This document shows positions 1 to 12,887 of a stretch of DNA of 64,000 nucleotides, piece after piece. Source of the stretch: Hormiphora californensis. Lineage: Eukaryota; Animalia; Ctenophora. The stretch is from contig CM035352.1 in assembly GCA_020137815.1 (NCBI GenBank), forward strand, positions 6,262,001 through 6,326,000, given 5' to 3'. The first letter of the stretch is position 1. Each line of letters starts with the position of its first letter. The translations under genes and the position numbers were made by a program. Under the pieces are notes generated by a model. The model worked only from the letters and a program-made list of their open reading frames with translations, made no database searches and was not told where the DNA came from.

Positions 1-6
1 CTTGTT

Positions 7-1605
7 TCAAATTATTTCAACGCCCCTCCACTTAAACTTGTTAATGGTGTCCTTTGTAGCTCGCTTTACTGGCCGTCCGAAACGTTCTTTGTACTGACTT
101 TGTAAGCGAGAATGCTTTATAATATCTAAAATGCTTGATGTTCCACATGATGTATTCATAAACCAACGCTTGAAAGACCCCCTGGTGTGACAAAGCCATT
201 CGTCTTCGTCTACAAACAATCCTCCCATTTCCATTTTGACAAAGGTTGGCAATTTCAAATAACTTTTCAGTTCAGAATTTGTGTATAAATGAGAACACCA
301 TATAGTTAGTATTGCGGATTCCCGCTGAATTTCGGCAATATCTGCCAGGAATTCCCCGTTGACTTCATAGCATTCTGTCAGGTCAAGGAACTGCAAGTTT
401 TCCATAGCAAAAATTGCTTGAGAGACGGTGGCATCATCGATTCGAGATCCTCTAATTGACAAATTAGTCAGGGAGGTACATTGGATTAACCATGACAGAT
501 TGGAACGGGAAACTTTTATCTCATTTGCTTTCAGAATTTTAAGACTTTGAAGTTGGGATATCAGGTGGAGGTTCCTCCATTGACAACGATTAAGAGGGGA
601 AATATCTAGAGAAGTAAGACGCGGACAGTATTTCACAATTGTAGGCACATAGTCGTCCACGCGTGTTTGGATATCCTCAAATTTCAAGATCTCTATACTT
701 GGTAAAGACCGGAGAATCGCTTTCACAAACTTCGGATCGCACTCGACGTTACAATCAACATCGTCATTAAATCTCCGAACAGAGAGTTCCTTTAGTTTAG
801 TCATCACAGGAACATCAGGAGAGGAAATCGAGCACAAAGAACGTGCAGAAATCTCAAGCTTGACCAAAGTCCTGGAAAAGGTGTTCAAAACTCGACACAG
901 ACCGATCGATCTAAATTTATCACAAAACTGTATCCTCAGATGCTTGATTTCGTTATCCTTCAAATTCCTTACAATCCCCTCTCCCGTTATTAGCGGCATT
1001 AATACCACCTCTAGGTTTTGCAAGTGAGGTACATTCGAGAGCATTTTTCGGAGACACTTCTCGTTGATTCCCTCGCAACCTTCCAAAATTAATGTTTCCA
1101 AATAAGGTGGCGAGTTTTCAGCAAAGCAATTCACCCAACGTTTGCAGAACTTTACATGTGATAAGTTGAGGACTGTTAGGTTGGTACACTGTCCAATACT
1201 GAAAAACACATCAGGATTAAGAATATCATAGGAAAGATCAGCATCACGAAGACCATTTTTAGCGTAGTAAACCAGCCTAGCAATCGTCTCGGGTTGAACA
1301 AGGTTAGGCATGCTGAGACTCCGTGACCGTGAGAAAGATTGTCGTGAGATGTTGTACCACCTCTTGCACACCAGGCCAAGTTTGAGTCGCTCATTATAGT
1401 GATAACGATTAAAAAAGCTGAATATGTGTAGTAGCATGTCATCTGGTATCCGGTGAATGGAGGGCTCTCCAGGTACCTCAGGTTCAGTGGACCACTCTTC
1501 AAAAAGTGGGTGATAGTGGTGGACTAGGTGGTGGGGAGGAAGGAGGTCATCCTCTGAGAGATCGGAGTCTGATATCTGATTATCTGGGACAGTATCCGTC
1601 ATCAT
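7..1605 (-). CDS. F-box/leucine-rich-repeat protein (FBXL family), intronless CDS
   Basis: 532-aa ORF with an F-box motif (IHRIPDDMLLHIFSF...LGLVCKRWYNI) followed by LRRs (LETLILEGCEGI, LTSLDIS, LQFLDLTECYEV). Confidence 0.88.
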   Translation of the reverse strand: MMTDTVPDNQISDSDLSEDDLLPPHHLVHHYHPLFEEWSTEPEVPGEPSIHRIPDDMLLHIFSFFNRYHYNERLKLGLVCKRWYNISRQSFSRSRSLSMPNLVQPETIARLVYYAKNGLRDADLSYDILNPDVFFSIGQCTNLTVLNLSHVKFCKRWVNCFAENSPPYLETLILEGCEGINEKCLRKMLSNVPHLQNLEVVLMPLITGEGIVRNLKDNEIKHLRIQFCDKFRSIGLCRVLNTFSRTLVKLEISARSLCSISSPDVPVMTKLKELSVRRFNDDVDCNVECDPKFVKAILRSLPSIEILKFEDIQTRVDDYVPTIVKYCPRLTSLDISPLNRCQWRNLHLISQLQSLKILKANEIKVSRSNLSWLIQCTSLTNLSIRGSRIDDATVSQAIFAMENLQFLDLTECYEVNGEFLADIAEIQRESAILTIWCSHLYTNSELKSYLKLPTFVKMEMGGLFVDEDEWLCHTRGSFKRWFMNTSCGTSSILDIIKHSRLQSQYKERFGRPVKRATKDTINKFKWRGVEII

Positions 1606-1902
1606 AGTCTAGAAAGGGGGCAAGGGTGGAGTTTTATGGGGGATAAGGATAGAAAGGGGGCAATGGAGGAGTTTTAGGGGTGGGGGGGAACAAATCAAGT
1701 TTTTATAAGGTGTTTATGTAAGATATTTATTGTAAGATGGCAGTCAGGGCGTTTAAAATAACTCTCAAAAAGTTTAAACAGGGTTTTGTACGAACATATA
1801 TATAGTGATCCCATTTCTCCATAATAATAATGTCAAACATTCAACATGCTGCCTCAGTTTCTCATTAACACAACCAATTTGATAGTAAAACAATGACTCT
1901 CA

Positions 1903-4872
1903 TCAAATGACAGCTAAAGTGACAATATTTCTCTTATCGCACATCGACGTTACCATTGTCCACTGATTCAGTACGGGATCAAAGCACTCCACTACCTCCA
2001 GTTTAGTAGTGTCAGTCTTCCCACCCACCGCATATAACTTCCCATCCAGAGCCCCCAAACCGTGTCCATCCCTGGGCACAACTAGCGGCTCAACTGTTGT
2101 CCAGCTGTTAGTTCTGGGTTCGTACCGCTCCGCACTACCCAACTTTGTCTGACCTGACCTACCCCCGACTACATAAATACAGGAGTTAAGGACGGTTACC
2201 CCGCACAGAGTCCTAGCATGGTTCATTGGGAAGCTGGTGTGCCATTCTCCAACCCTGGGGTCGTATCTCTCCACAGAGACAAGATCAGTCTTACCATCGT
2301 ACCCCCCTATGGCATGAAGAGCTCCGTTTAGTACGGCCACACCGACACCCGATCTGGTGTTACTCATACTCGCAACATACTTCCATTGATCGAGGGTGGC
2401 GTCATAGCACTCTACACTAGAGTGTCTCTCCCGAGCATCACGGCCCCCTACCGCATACAACCACCCACTCAGCTCACCCAGAGCCACCCCGAACCTCTGA
2501 TCCAACATGGATGCTGCTTTGGTCCACTCCTGACTCCGGGGACTAAAACATTCCACGGAGGAGAGATGGAAGCAGGAATCGTGTCCTCCCGCTACAAAAA
2601 GTAAGTCCTCGAGTTTGGCACTGCCCGGTCCGTATCGCTGGCACTCCATAGCTGGGAGTTCTCTCCACACATCGGTGTTTGCATCGTACATTTCTCCAGT
2701 TCTCAGGACTGTCCTGTGGTAACCACCAAACACGTACAGACCTGGAGAGAGAGAAGGGACATGTTTAGATAAATTGAAATCACGTACAGGCCTGGAGAGA
2801 AAAGGGATATGTTTAGATTTGGAAATAAGATGTTTGTATGTGACCGTTTTCCTTCCTAGGGGGGGTCTGGCGAATTATGTACTAACAAACCGCATATAGG
2901 TATACTACCATTGATTTGGAAATAAGATGTTTGTATGTGACCGTTTTCCTTCCTACCCTCTATAGAGTCTGGACAAATGACACAACTGCTGCAGGTCTAC
3001 TAAGGTACTATTATTGGATATAATATCCAAGGGGTTTTAGCAGAAAATAATGTAATATCATATTCCAAAGGTACTGCAGAATTTCTATTTAATCCTTATA
3101 CTCAGATCTCATTCATAACATATAATTCCGTATTGCAGAACTTATATATACCTTCCGCATTATAGGCATGTCGGGGGAGCGCTTGGGAGGAGGTAGAGCT
3201 GTGCTCGGGGAGTAGATGGTGGTTTTTAACTCCCTCCACCATTGACCTACATGTCTCACTTTCAAGTATCAAATCTTCCTGAAAACACAATTCAGAAATG
3301 GGTAATAGCGGTTACAAATTACAATGGTCAATATATACTGATTCAATATTTAAGACCCTCTACTCTTTTAAGTCGCCTGACACTGTGTCTATTAAAAAAG
3401 TATGAACGATTCAACTCCTTCTATGATCGTGTTCCCACATACCAGGAACCGACCGAATCAGGAAATATTGGTCCCTGATTGGCTGATAACCAGTCACGTG
3501 ACCTAAATAACGAGTTCTGATTGGTTGTTTACTTGTTTCGGTCGGTTCCTGCCACATACCCGTTCAATGTGATCAATAAGGTATTTAGATGAGATGAGGG
3601 GTAGTCGGACGGAGGATAGTAGGTCTGGTAGGTGGGTGGACCTCTCAACTGCCTCGTGTTTTATCCATCTTATCACTGCCTCGTAAACCTGCACGTCGAA
3701 TAGGGTGATAAATTCGGGGCATATATATAATTTAACTGCCACGTCCCACATCTAACTTATGTGTTTGTCATATGAATCTGGGATATAATTTAACTGCCAA
3801 GTCCCATATATCCAACTAGTTACATAGGAATTAGGAAAATCTACATAGGAATTAGGAAGATCATAGAAACTGGTGTTACAGATATAGGCACTACATATTC
3901 CTCGAGAGATAGATTGTACAATGTACATTGTACATAGAAGAACAGGCACTACTCCATTTCTTTAATTGGGACACTAATTTCGTGTAATTACCCAAAACAT
4001 TGTGATTTCTTACCTTGGATTCAACCAACACGTTCAACTCATTGCAAGACACCAACTGCTGTACCCGCTTTACATCCAACGTCAGGAATTCCGTCGTGTG
4101 GGATAGCTAGGGAGGGGGTGAGGTGTTTTGACTACAAGTTCACAAAGAATATGTTCTAAATATAATTTTGTTTTCCAAAGATTTCATGAAATTTCTTCAC
4201 TCTCACCAACCTCAACAAAGTTCCGTTTAGCGTACTCATCGGCAGCTCGAAGAAGGTCTGAAAATCCATACCTATCTGCATACTCATGAATACCAATGCA
4301 GTTGCTGGGACTTAGCTCACGCTTTATAAAATCAGAACAGATTTCAATAACTTTCTCAAATTGGAGCAGTCCTGCTGCAGTTAGAAGTGTCTGGAAAAGG
4401 AGGGCTGGTAATCTTTCAGATAATCTATCCCGCAAAAAGGGCACGTATGTTGTGTGTTTCAAAAGATTGGAACAAGATTTATATTTTTCTAATTTTCCTC
4501 CCTATTTAATCCTGAACAAGATCTCATCATTGATATTTCAACAGATTGAATAAATTATCTGGTTCTAACCTGAACATTGTCTTTCCTAATCTCTATCTGA
4601 GATGTGTAGGCGTAGTTAACTAGATTCTGCATTGTCTGTGAATCAACATTTTGGATGGTAACCTAAAAAAGATAATTATTATTTTCATAAATTCACAAAA
4701 TAAAACCTGGGCTGCTTACCTTTTTCGAGGTACTTTCGTGTAGGTCATTTGTAAACATCGCGTAAAAATAAGAGCTGCTAGCTGCCAACACAAGTTTATG
4801 TGCCAGAATATCGCACTCCTCAACAGCAATAGAAACATCACAAAAACATCTCTTCTTTCTCAATTCGTCCAT
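1903..4872 (-). CDS. BTB-BACK-Kelch (KLHL family) Cullin-3 adaptor, about 7 exons
   Basis: BTB (CDVSIAVEECDILAHKLVLAASSSYFYAMFT), BACK (LSPSNCIGIHEYAD; VYEAVIRWIKHE...LLSSVRLPL) and GG-Y-W kelch repeats in the last exon (1903-2741), joined by GT-AG introns. First in-frame ATG is at 4872; the frame stays open to about 5052. Confidence 0.9.
3443..3551 (+). mobile_element. 109-bp hAT-type MITE, copy 1 (Kelch intron)
   Basis: TIR CAGGAACCGACCGA...TCGGTCGGTTCCTG; 8-bp TSD CCACATAC on both sides. Confidence 0.9.
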
Positions 4873-5364
4873 CAATTGGAGGGCAAGGGACGCATGACTG
4901 GGGTCGCTTACAACAAGCGGAATTCCGTCAGTGGTGTAATCTATTTCAGCAGATCTCTTGAGGAAACCATCCTGTGACCCGATGACAGAGACTGACTCCG
5001 GTGGTGAATCCAACGTGGCGTTCACTTTACGTTGCACACGTTTGCGTCTCAGCTACTATCAAATATTTAACACGAAAAAGTAACAGAACCGTCTTCCTTA
5101 TCTTGTATTGTCTTGTAGTCCTTATTGTGCAGATACTGCACAGGTATCAGCTGATTTTAGGTCACCTTAACGCACCTAAAAGCAGATTAGTGATTAATAG
5201 TAACAATAAAAATGGTAAAACGCTGAAACAATACATTGGCATATATTACAGGCCCATTGAAATGGGATAAGGCAGTGCTTTTCAAGCTGAAACAAAGCCT
5301 GAATCTTTTTTGTAAAATTTTCTTTTAAAAAACTCCCTGAAGTTTCTATTCACGAAAGTTTTCA

Positions 5365-5384
5365 GAACATGCCTAGGCATGCCT
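5365..5384. promoter_or_regulatory. Perfect p53-family response element (two RRRCWWGYYY half-sites, no spacer)
   Basis: GAACATGCCT AGGCATGCCT in the divergent Kelch/MED15 upstream region; function untested. Confidence 0.45.
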
Positions 5385-5643
5385 GAACCTGACTTCTATG
5401 CGGCCGCGGCGCAAAATTTAATGGAACGCGCGAACATATACAAGTTTATACGCCGCGCCGCACTGACCTGGTTTTTTATTTTTCTCGATTTTGGCGTTTT
5501 ATTTTTCTCGATTTTGGCGTTTGCCAAAAAGATTTTCGGCATGTTTCACAGTCTTTGTCCATGCTACAGCCTGGAAAGGGCCCTTCAGCGCATGCCAACT
5601 GCAGTTGTTTGAGCTCTTTAGTGTGTCAACCAGGTTTCATGAC

Positions 5644-6499
5644 GATCGGAGGTGTTTTTTGTTCTCCAAATTCCATAAAGTAGCAGGACCGAGACTGTGG
5701 AATGTCCTGCCTCAAACAATTCGAAGCTGCACAGATGAGTCACTCTTCAAATCGAAGCTGAAGACGCACCTCTTTGACAAGTCATACGGTCCTGCTGGCT
5801 GATTTGTAGCTTTGTTAGAAGAGATCAGTCTAGTCGTTGTCTGTCTTGTTTTACGAGTCTTGTTCTGTTCTGAGTTCCGAGTCTAGCCCCTTTTTATACT
5901 GAGTGCAGTGATTTTTTAACATATCTTTTTAACCAAGTAATCGTATAGCTTATCTACACCGTTATCTACTGAATCAACTATTAATCTTTAATCTACTCTT
6001 TTTTATGATTGGAATTCTAAATTCTTCTTTTTTAATTATAACTATCTTAATTAACTTATTCATACAGTCCCTCAGTGTGTACCCACTTGTATCTATCTAC
6101 TGTTTCTGTATGGACTGCCGCATAAGAAGGCTGGCTTAAGAGCTCTGGCGTTTTAATTATGAGTTTTTTCTCTGTTTTTTGCGTTTATCTCTTAGCTATA
6201 TTAAGTCAATTTGCGGGGTATCAAATGTAACAATTGAATTGAATTGAATTGAAAACGACTGGAAAAAACCTAAAAACACTTTTTTGAGTGATTTTTGAAC
6301 CTAAAGTCGGATTTTTTGAAGTTGTCACCCCAAAATGACCGCGCATGTGAAATTTATCAATTTTGACGCGCACACCACACGTTAACATGTGATGTGACGC
6401 GCAAAAACATTCCGCGCACGAAAAGGGGGGTGACAACTTCAAAAAATCCGACTTTACATAGCTATTTTTGGAATTTGGAAAATAAAAACACCTCCGATC
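5644..6499. mobile_element. Inverted-repeat (MITE-like) DNA element interrupted by a LINE fragment
   Basis: About 40-bp imperfect inverted ends (GATCGGAGGTGTTTT...CCAAATTCCA) and an inner inverted pair at 6302-6331 / 6427-6456. No TSD resolved. Confidence 0.55.
5683..6253 (+). mobile_element. 5'-truncated L2/CR1-type LINE 3' end
   Basis: Encodes AGPRLWNVLPQTIRSCTDESLFKSKLKTHLF, typical of the CR1/L2 ORF2 C-terminus, followed by a 3' UTR ending in an (ATTGA)n tail at about 6233-6253. Confidence 0.75.
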
Positions 6500-6758
6500 A
6501 AAAATTACTAATTAGGATTAACCTAGAAAATTTATGTAAAGATCCGGGAAAGTGGTAAATGGTGTAGCATCGATCTGATTGAATCAGTAGCAAGCCATTT
6601 ATTTTAAACACTATTAAGCGGTATATTAAATGTCATGAATTATTATTATTATTATTATTTTCTAGATCCCACATGACCACTCGTCACCCTGTACTGATCT
6701 GCAGTAGGCCACGAGTCGACTTTTGTTAATTTAAAGTAACACTGTTTGTAGCCAAATA

Positions 6759-9700
6759 ATGCCGCTTGTAAAAGACTGGGCGACACCTGCTACACGTCAG
6801 AAACACATAGTTAAGTTAAGAACTGCCCTTGTGTCATGCGGGCGAGATGAAAATGTTGAAGACATCGAACAGAAAATACTTGATAAGAGTAACAGCCTTG
6901 AGGAATACCTCCATAACTTATCCAAGGTATGTACCTGAAAGGTATATTCTGTACCTGAAAAGGTGACAACCTGTAGGCTGTACTGGTGTGTACCGGACTC
7001 TGGAATAAATCAACAAAATACTGAATATCCCGTTTTCTTACTTCAAATCCCCTGTAGGTGTTGGTACACTGCCAGACGAACAAACAGCAACAACAGAACA
7101 TGCAGATGCAACAAAATATGCAGGTAGCACAGAACCTTCACATGCAGAGACACCTCCAAATGCAGCAACACATGGTGCAGGGGATGGGAGGTATGCAGCC
7201 TGGTCCGCCCAACATGCAGGCTGTCCCGACAGGCCAGGGTGTTATGATGAGCCAACAGCCAGGTGGGGGAGTGGTGGTAATGAGGGGTTACCCACCCGGG
7301 GCCCCTGGTGGACCTCCCCCACCCGGCCATGATGACCCTGAGAAGAGGGGGGCATTGTTTGGGCCACCTGGCTCCAACATGGATGAGGAAACTCTGTATC
7401 AGGTACCTGACCATCCTGTAGATTATCATGTGGGTGATCTCACACTCTCCGTATTGATATAATGACGTCAACTTAACAAGCTCCTAACAGTCATTATATA
7501 TCCTTCCTCTCTTCTTCTCCATCTTTCTCGCTCACTCTTTCTTTCTGGGTGCTATCCACTGAGTAATCAGTTTCACAATCATTGTACGTTTCCTCAGCTC
7601 AAGATGCAAGAACTCCAAAGAAGGTTTATTGTTCCTCTTCAAAAGTTACGAGAAAAGAAAACCGCTGGAAATCAATCAGATAACAGCCTCAAACGACTTG
7701 ATGAAATTCTAGACATTCTCAAGTCGTCTAAGAAGATCAAAATGGATTCCCTAAAACAGATTGAGACCATTCTAATTAAATTGTTCGATAAGAATAACAC
7801 TCCTGAAACTGTTGGTTCGGTCGAGAAGCTTCCTACCTCCACTGCTGCTATACCCGGTTCGTGTTTCTAGATGTACGTTATGTGCAGTAATTGGTTGTTG
7901 TGTTCTAACCCTCCTTTACATCTGTATATAGTTACCATGTGCTCTGTTTAGTTCGCTCTAACACAGGAACCGACCGAATCAGAAAATACTGGTCCCTGAT
8001 TGGCTGATAACCAGTCACGTGACCTAAATACCGAGTTTTGATTGGTTGTTTACTTGTTTTGGTCGGTTCCTGCTCTAACATATTGTTTTTGTAGGTTCAA
8101 TAGAGAAGCCGTCCAACATTCGAAACACACATTTCTGTCAACCACTTATTGACGGGGTAGCTAACCATGCCCGCAATCCTTCCTTCTACCACACAGTCAA
8201 GTAAGTTATAAGTAAGTTATAAGTAAGTTATAAAACACTCCTCTCTACTTAAATATATATGGGACACCTTGTGGGCACCTTGTATTATACTGGCCAGTGT
8301 TATAGTCGAGACGCTGCCCTGGTGGAGTACACCTCTCTTCTAAGAGTAGGTGAAAGTGGCTTGCCAGACTCCTCTCTCTCTCCCTTAAAAAAATTTATTA
8401 CGTTATAACCTGGGGTTAGGGGTGTGGTGAGAGAAAGGGTCAAGCCAACTATTTGACAACAATCAAGTCTTCTGCAATCTAATATTATGCACTAGAAACT
8501 CATTTTATTTCAGAATATGTTGTTGTTATGTTTGTTGCACAAGTTACAAAATGTGGTTTTCGATAAAAGTGTTTTGATTCTTACAATTCATCTCTTTGAT
8601 TGCCTTCAGTGGCAGCAGTTATCTATTGATCTACTGCCTCTCGACGGTCACGGCGTGCCTGGTGAAATTTTAACACGACCTAGCATGCGACGGGAAACCA
8701 CCACTTGTACGTGGTAGCTGAGGGTCTACAGAATGGCGCTACGGTGCGGGAAAAAACATTCCATTCCCTAAAATCTTTTTTTTTACTTTTATTTGATTTG
8801 GGTCAAAATTGGCTATATTAAACGTGGTCCCGAAAAATCCATAATGACTTAGCACACAAAATATGTCACCCCCACCTATTTTTGCACGTAGAATCGATTG
8901 CCCTTGAAGTCGAATCTCTAAAATGACTGTAAAATGGTCAAAAGTTGATTTTTTACCATTTTTTGGAGGTTTTTGGCGCCTAAACCATTGAAAACGTTGA
9001 GATAGGAATTTGAAACTAGTGCCAATCGTTAAAATGGTCATTTTTCTACCAAGAACCAAGTTTTCGTGTATATCCGATTTATGGTTAGATTTGGGCAAAT
9101 TGTTGAAATCTGCCAACTAGGAGAACCGTAACTTGATTTTCTTGTTTTTTGGATTTTGGCATTTTTGACAAACTTCTGATTGAAATGGTCAATCGGGACC
9201 ATGCTTAAGTTTTTTATGGGATAATTTTCGACTAAAATCCAAGATTTCATACCAATCCAATAACAGATCGTTGATTTATAGAAAATTTAAGTAGGCAAAA
9301 CGGTCAAAATGACAACTTTTCTTGCTTATTTTGACCGTTTTGCCTACTTACATTTTCTATAAATCAACGATCTGTTATTGGATTGGTATGAAATCTTGGA
9401 TTTTAGTCGAAAGTTATCCCATAAACAACTTAAGCATGGTCCCGATTGACCATTTCAATCAGAAGTTTGTCAAAAATGCCAAAATCCAAAAAACAAGAAA
9501 ATCAGGTTACGGTTCTCCTAGTTGGCAGATTTCAACAATTTGCCCAAATCTAACCATAAATCGGATATACACGAAAACTTGGTTCTTGGTAGAAAAATGA
9601 CCATTTTAACGATTGGCACTAGTTTCAAATTCCTATCTCAACGTTTTCAATGGTTTAGGCGCCAAAAACCTTCAAAAAATGGTAAAAAATCAACTTTTGA

Positions 9701-10697
9701 CCATTTTACAGTCATTTTAGAGATTCGACTTCAAGGGCAATCGATTCTACGTGCAAAAATAGGTGGGGGTGACATATTTTGTGTGCTAAGTCATTATGGA
9801 TTTTTCGTGACCACGTTTAATATAGCCAATTTTGACCCAAATCAAATAAAAGTAAAAAAAAAGATTTTAGGGAATGGAATGTTTTTTCCCGCACCGTAGC
9901 GCCATTCTGTAGACCCTCAGCTACCACGTAGAAGTGGTGGTTTCCCGTCGCAAGCTAGGTCGTGTTAAAATTTCACCAGGCACGCCGTGCGGTATGGGCG
10001 GAATATAATTACGTCTGTGGCCTATTATTATTATTTATTACATATTATCTTTCCATTTAGGCGAACGTTTGGTCCTGCTCTGTATAGTCACTACGGTAAT
10101 GTGACACAGTACCCACCTGCTAAACGGCACAAGAAAGGCGACCTAACCGCAATGCTCCCAATGATGCTCAACTCAGAGATAGACAGACTTCCCTCTTTTT
10201 TTAAGGTGAGATCATATTTCCTCCTCCTCCTCCTCGCATTTTGATTTCTAATGTAAAATGTTCTAAGCGCAATTTAGCAGACCTTCTTTCTTCAAATTGC
10301 TAAAACGCTCCCCTCATTTCAGGCGGAAATAAAGAACAGGGAACGCGGTGATCTTGAAGTGGTGGTACGACATAAAACGTATCATGTTGCCCCTAAGATT
10401 ACCGTTGTGATCCCTAACAAATATCCAGACCAGTCTCCATGGGTGGGTTGTTAATTCATCAGCTAATTAGTCTCCTTAGATAATTAGTAATTAATTAGTT
10501 GAAAATGAAGATTATTGCTAAAAATTACCCATTATATCATGCAGGTACGATCGTCCCAAAACAAAATGGCGAAGGAAGTTGAGAGTGCTTTAAAAGACAA
10601 ACTAGTTACACTCCCAGTAACTGTAACGCTTACTCAAATCCTACTGGCATGGGATTTTAGTCTGAAACGGATTCTACGAAATCGTCCTACTGTTTGA
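6759..10697 (+). CDS. MED15: Mediator subunit 15; exons 6759-6926, 7058-7402, 7598-7856, 8095-8200, 10061-10205, 10323-10442, 10545-10697
   Basis: N-terminal KIX-like domain (DWATPATRQKHIVKL...EEYL), a Q/M/G/P-rich linker, and MED15 C-terminal blocks (CQPLIDGV...RTFGPAL; LNSEIDRL; VVIPNKYPDQSP; LTQILLAW). Exon phases are consistent. Confidence 0.9.
7964..8072 (+). mobile_element. 109-bp hAT-type MITE, copy 2 (MED15 intron)
   Basis: Same TIRs as copy 1; TSD CTCTAACA. Confidence 0.9.
8649..9989. mobile_element. Palindromic non-autonomous DNA transposon, Chapaev/CMC-like
   Basis: 662-bp arms (8649-9310 and 9328-9989) around a 17-nt spacer; CACGG...CCGTG termini; 4-bp TSD CGGT. Confidence 0.85.
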
Positions 10698-11072
10698 GTG
10701 TCTTTCAGACTTTGCAGAGCATTGTCTCATTCTCATTTCTGAAGAATTGCCGCCAGAGCATTGACGCTAGACTGTTTGAGCGTTTGTGATAATCACTGGT
10801 GATGATCAGGCCGTTGGATCAGATTGTTGGAGAAGGGGCCTTGTTGCTGAGTATTTCCACATCTTTTCACGGGCCATGGGAAAAGAAATCAATTGACTTG
10901 TGTTATTCATGAAAACACTGGAGTTATTTATTTATTGATGTTAATTTTAAATTGTATTCAGCAGCTGTTTTTCTTGTCTCACTTCACCCAAGTCCCAACG
11001 CCCTACTCTTGCCTTAATATTCTCGTTTTATGATATCTCACACAAAACAATTCAGTAGTTGTAGGGGCCCTG

Positions 11073-11256
11073 ATGGCAGACGACAGGATAACTCAACGGC
11101 TAAATCCCAAGGAACAAACTCTTGCTGAGGCATATGATCTGCCCGCCAACTTTCTTGAAATCGATGTGCTAAACCCTGAAACGCATGGGGTTGCCAACAA
11201 GAGATATACTGACTACGAGGTTCGGCTTAAGGTAAGCGGCGTCTCTCCTATCTTTC

Positions 11257-11302
<46 letters not shown>

Positions 11303-12468
11303 ATCTCTCTATCTCTCTCCTATCTCTCCAGATCTCTCTCCTATCTATCTCTCCTACTATATAATCTGATTCTGACAGTGACAGTCTTACACCTTTTTAC
11401 ACACACACACATTTGTTATTGTACGTGCGTTGCTTTTTCTCATGACTCATTTCCAGCAAGAAATATTGTGATCATTTTGACGCAGACTACAACATAATTG
11501 ACGCCCTTTCCTTATCTAAACTAATCTACATTGTTATTTTCAGACCAACCTCCCTATATTTCGGATTCAAGAGTGTACGGTGCGTCGGCGTTATAGCGAT
11601 TTCGAGTGGCTGCGGGGAGAATTAGAAAAAGAGAGCAAGGTTAGGACGGCGGTGTTTTTCATTATCATTTCATTATCATGATTATGTACATGCGTATAAC
11701 GTATTTGATTGATTTTGCTCCTAACTCCGATATTTTCTCTCTCAAGATAATTGTGCCCACTCTACCCGGAAAAGCTTTAAAAAGGATGCTACCTTTCCGA
11801 GGGGATGACGGTATGTTACAATCCCAATTCCCACCTGTTCACACAAAACTATTTTCAATTTCATGTGTTGAGGCCGCCAGTTGTGTAAAAAGTAACATAT
11901 TTTCCTGCCACCTGGGACGGCTATTGCTAGTAACGCGCGCTCAGTTCTCAACAAAGTACACTTGTTGGCATCGGCCGATTGCGCGGCGTCTGTACATTCA
12001 ATACTGTCACCTTCACCAGCAAAGTAACTCGAGCTATCACTTCCTACTGTCCGCTGTACCAGTTTACAGGCGATAAGGAAAGGGGCAGCATTCCGCAGAA
12101 GAATTAAAACCAGTTTCCTCTTTCAGGTATCTTCGAAGAAGAGTTTATTGAGGAAAGGAGGCAAGGAATTGAGTCATTTATTAACAAGATAGCCGGACAT
12201 CCACTCGCACAAAATGAAAAATGTCTGCACATGTTCCTTACCGAGGCTGTAATAGGTGGGAGACACATCGATAGTTCTTTATTTAACATGAAAATAAATT
12301 TGATCTGATTCACATTCAAACACACACACATTTAAACAAACAAACATTCAAACACTGTTTCTCCAGTCTTTTCAACCCTTTTTTAGGAACTAATTTATAT
12401 CAAGGTACTAACTACTAAATTTCATATCCTCAGATAAAAACTACATCCCCGGTAAAGTGAGAAACTGA
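11073..12468 (+). CDS. SNX3: Sorting nexin 3/12 (PX-only), 5 exons
   Basis: PANFLEIDV..NPETHGV..KRYTDYEVRLKTNLPIF...VRRRYSDFEWLR..LE.ESKIIVPTLPGKA...FRGDDGIFEEEFIEERRQG...KIAGHPLAQNEKCLHMFL...NYIPGKVR. Confidence 0.93.
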
Positions 12469-12887
12469 ACGTGAGAGAAATACTAAAAAAGGTTCAAAAT
12501 TGCATCTCTCTCTCTGTCACTGCCGTCTCCCCGCCCCCATTGTCTAATAAACATTTCTTGTCCCCTGTTGTGTTGCTTGACAGTCTTAGTCTGAGAAAAA
12601 TTAGTCAGGCGTCGCAACTCTCCCATTTTTATGTCAATCCCCCCTGTGTATCCCCTTGATTAACGGAGAATTCTTTGTGTGTGTTTAAGTGTAAAAACTG
12701 GAGAAAAATCTTTCACTGAATTTATTGAGTTTTATCTGACCCTCCCTCAACAACCCCAAGGGCCAAGCCATCCCTATCCCTAACCTCTAGCCGACCCATC
12801 CCCTACCCTCTATCTAACCTAGAGTGAGTTGTCCGACCCCTGTCTCTCTACCCAAGAGTTATAGAATGTAGGACCCCTGTCCTCTTT

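Noticed and set aside
8739-9899. Twin 125-aa ORFs on opposite strands (also twins at 15681/16597, 58331/59412 and 61947/62958)
   Set aside because: They are mirror translations of palindromic transposon arms with no recognisable domain.
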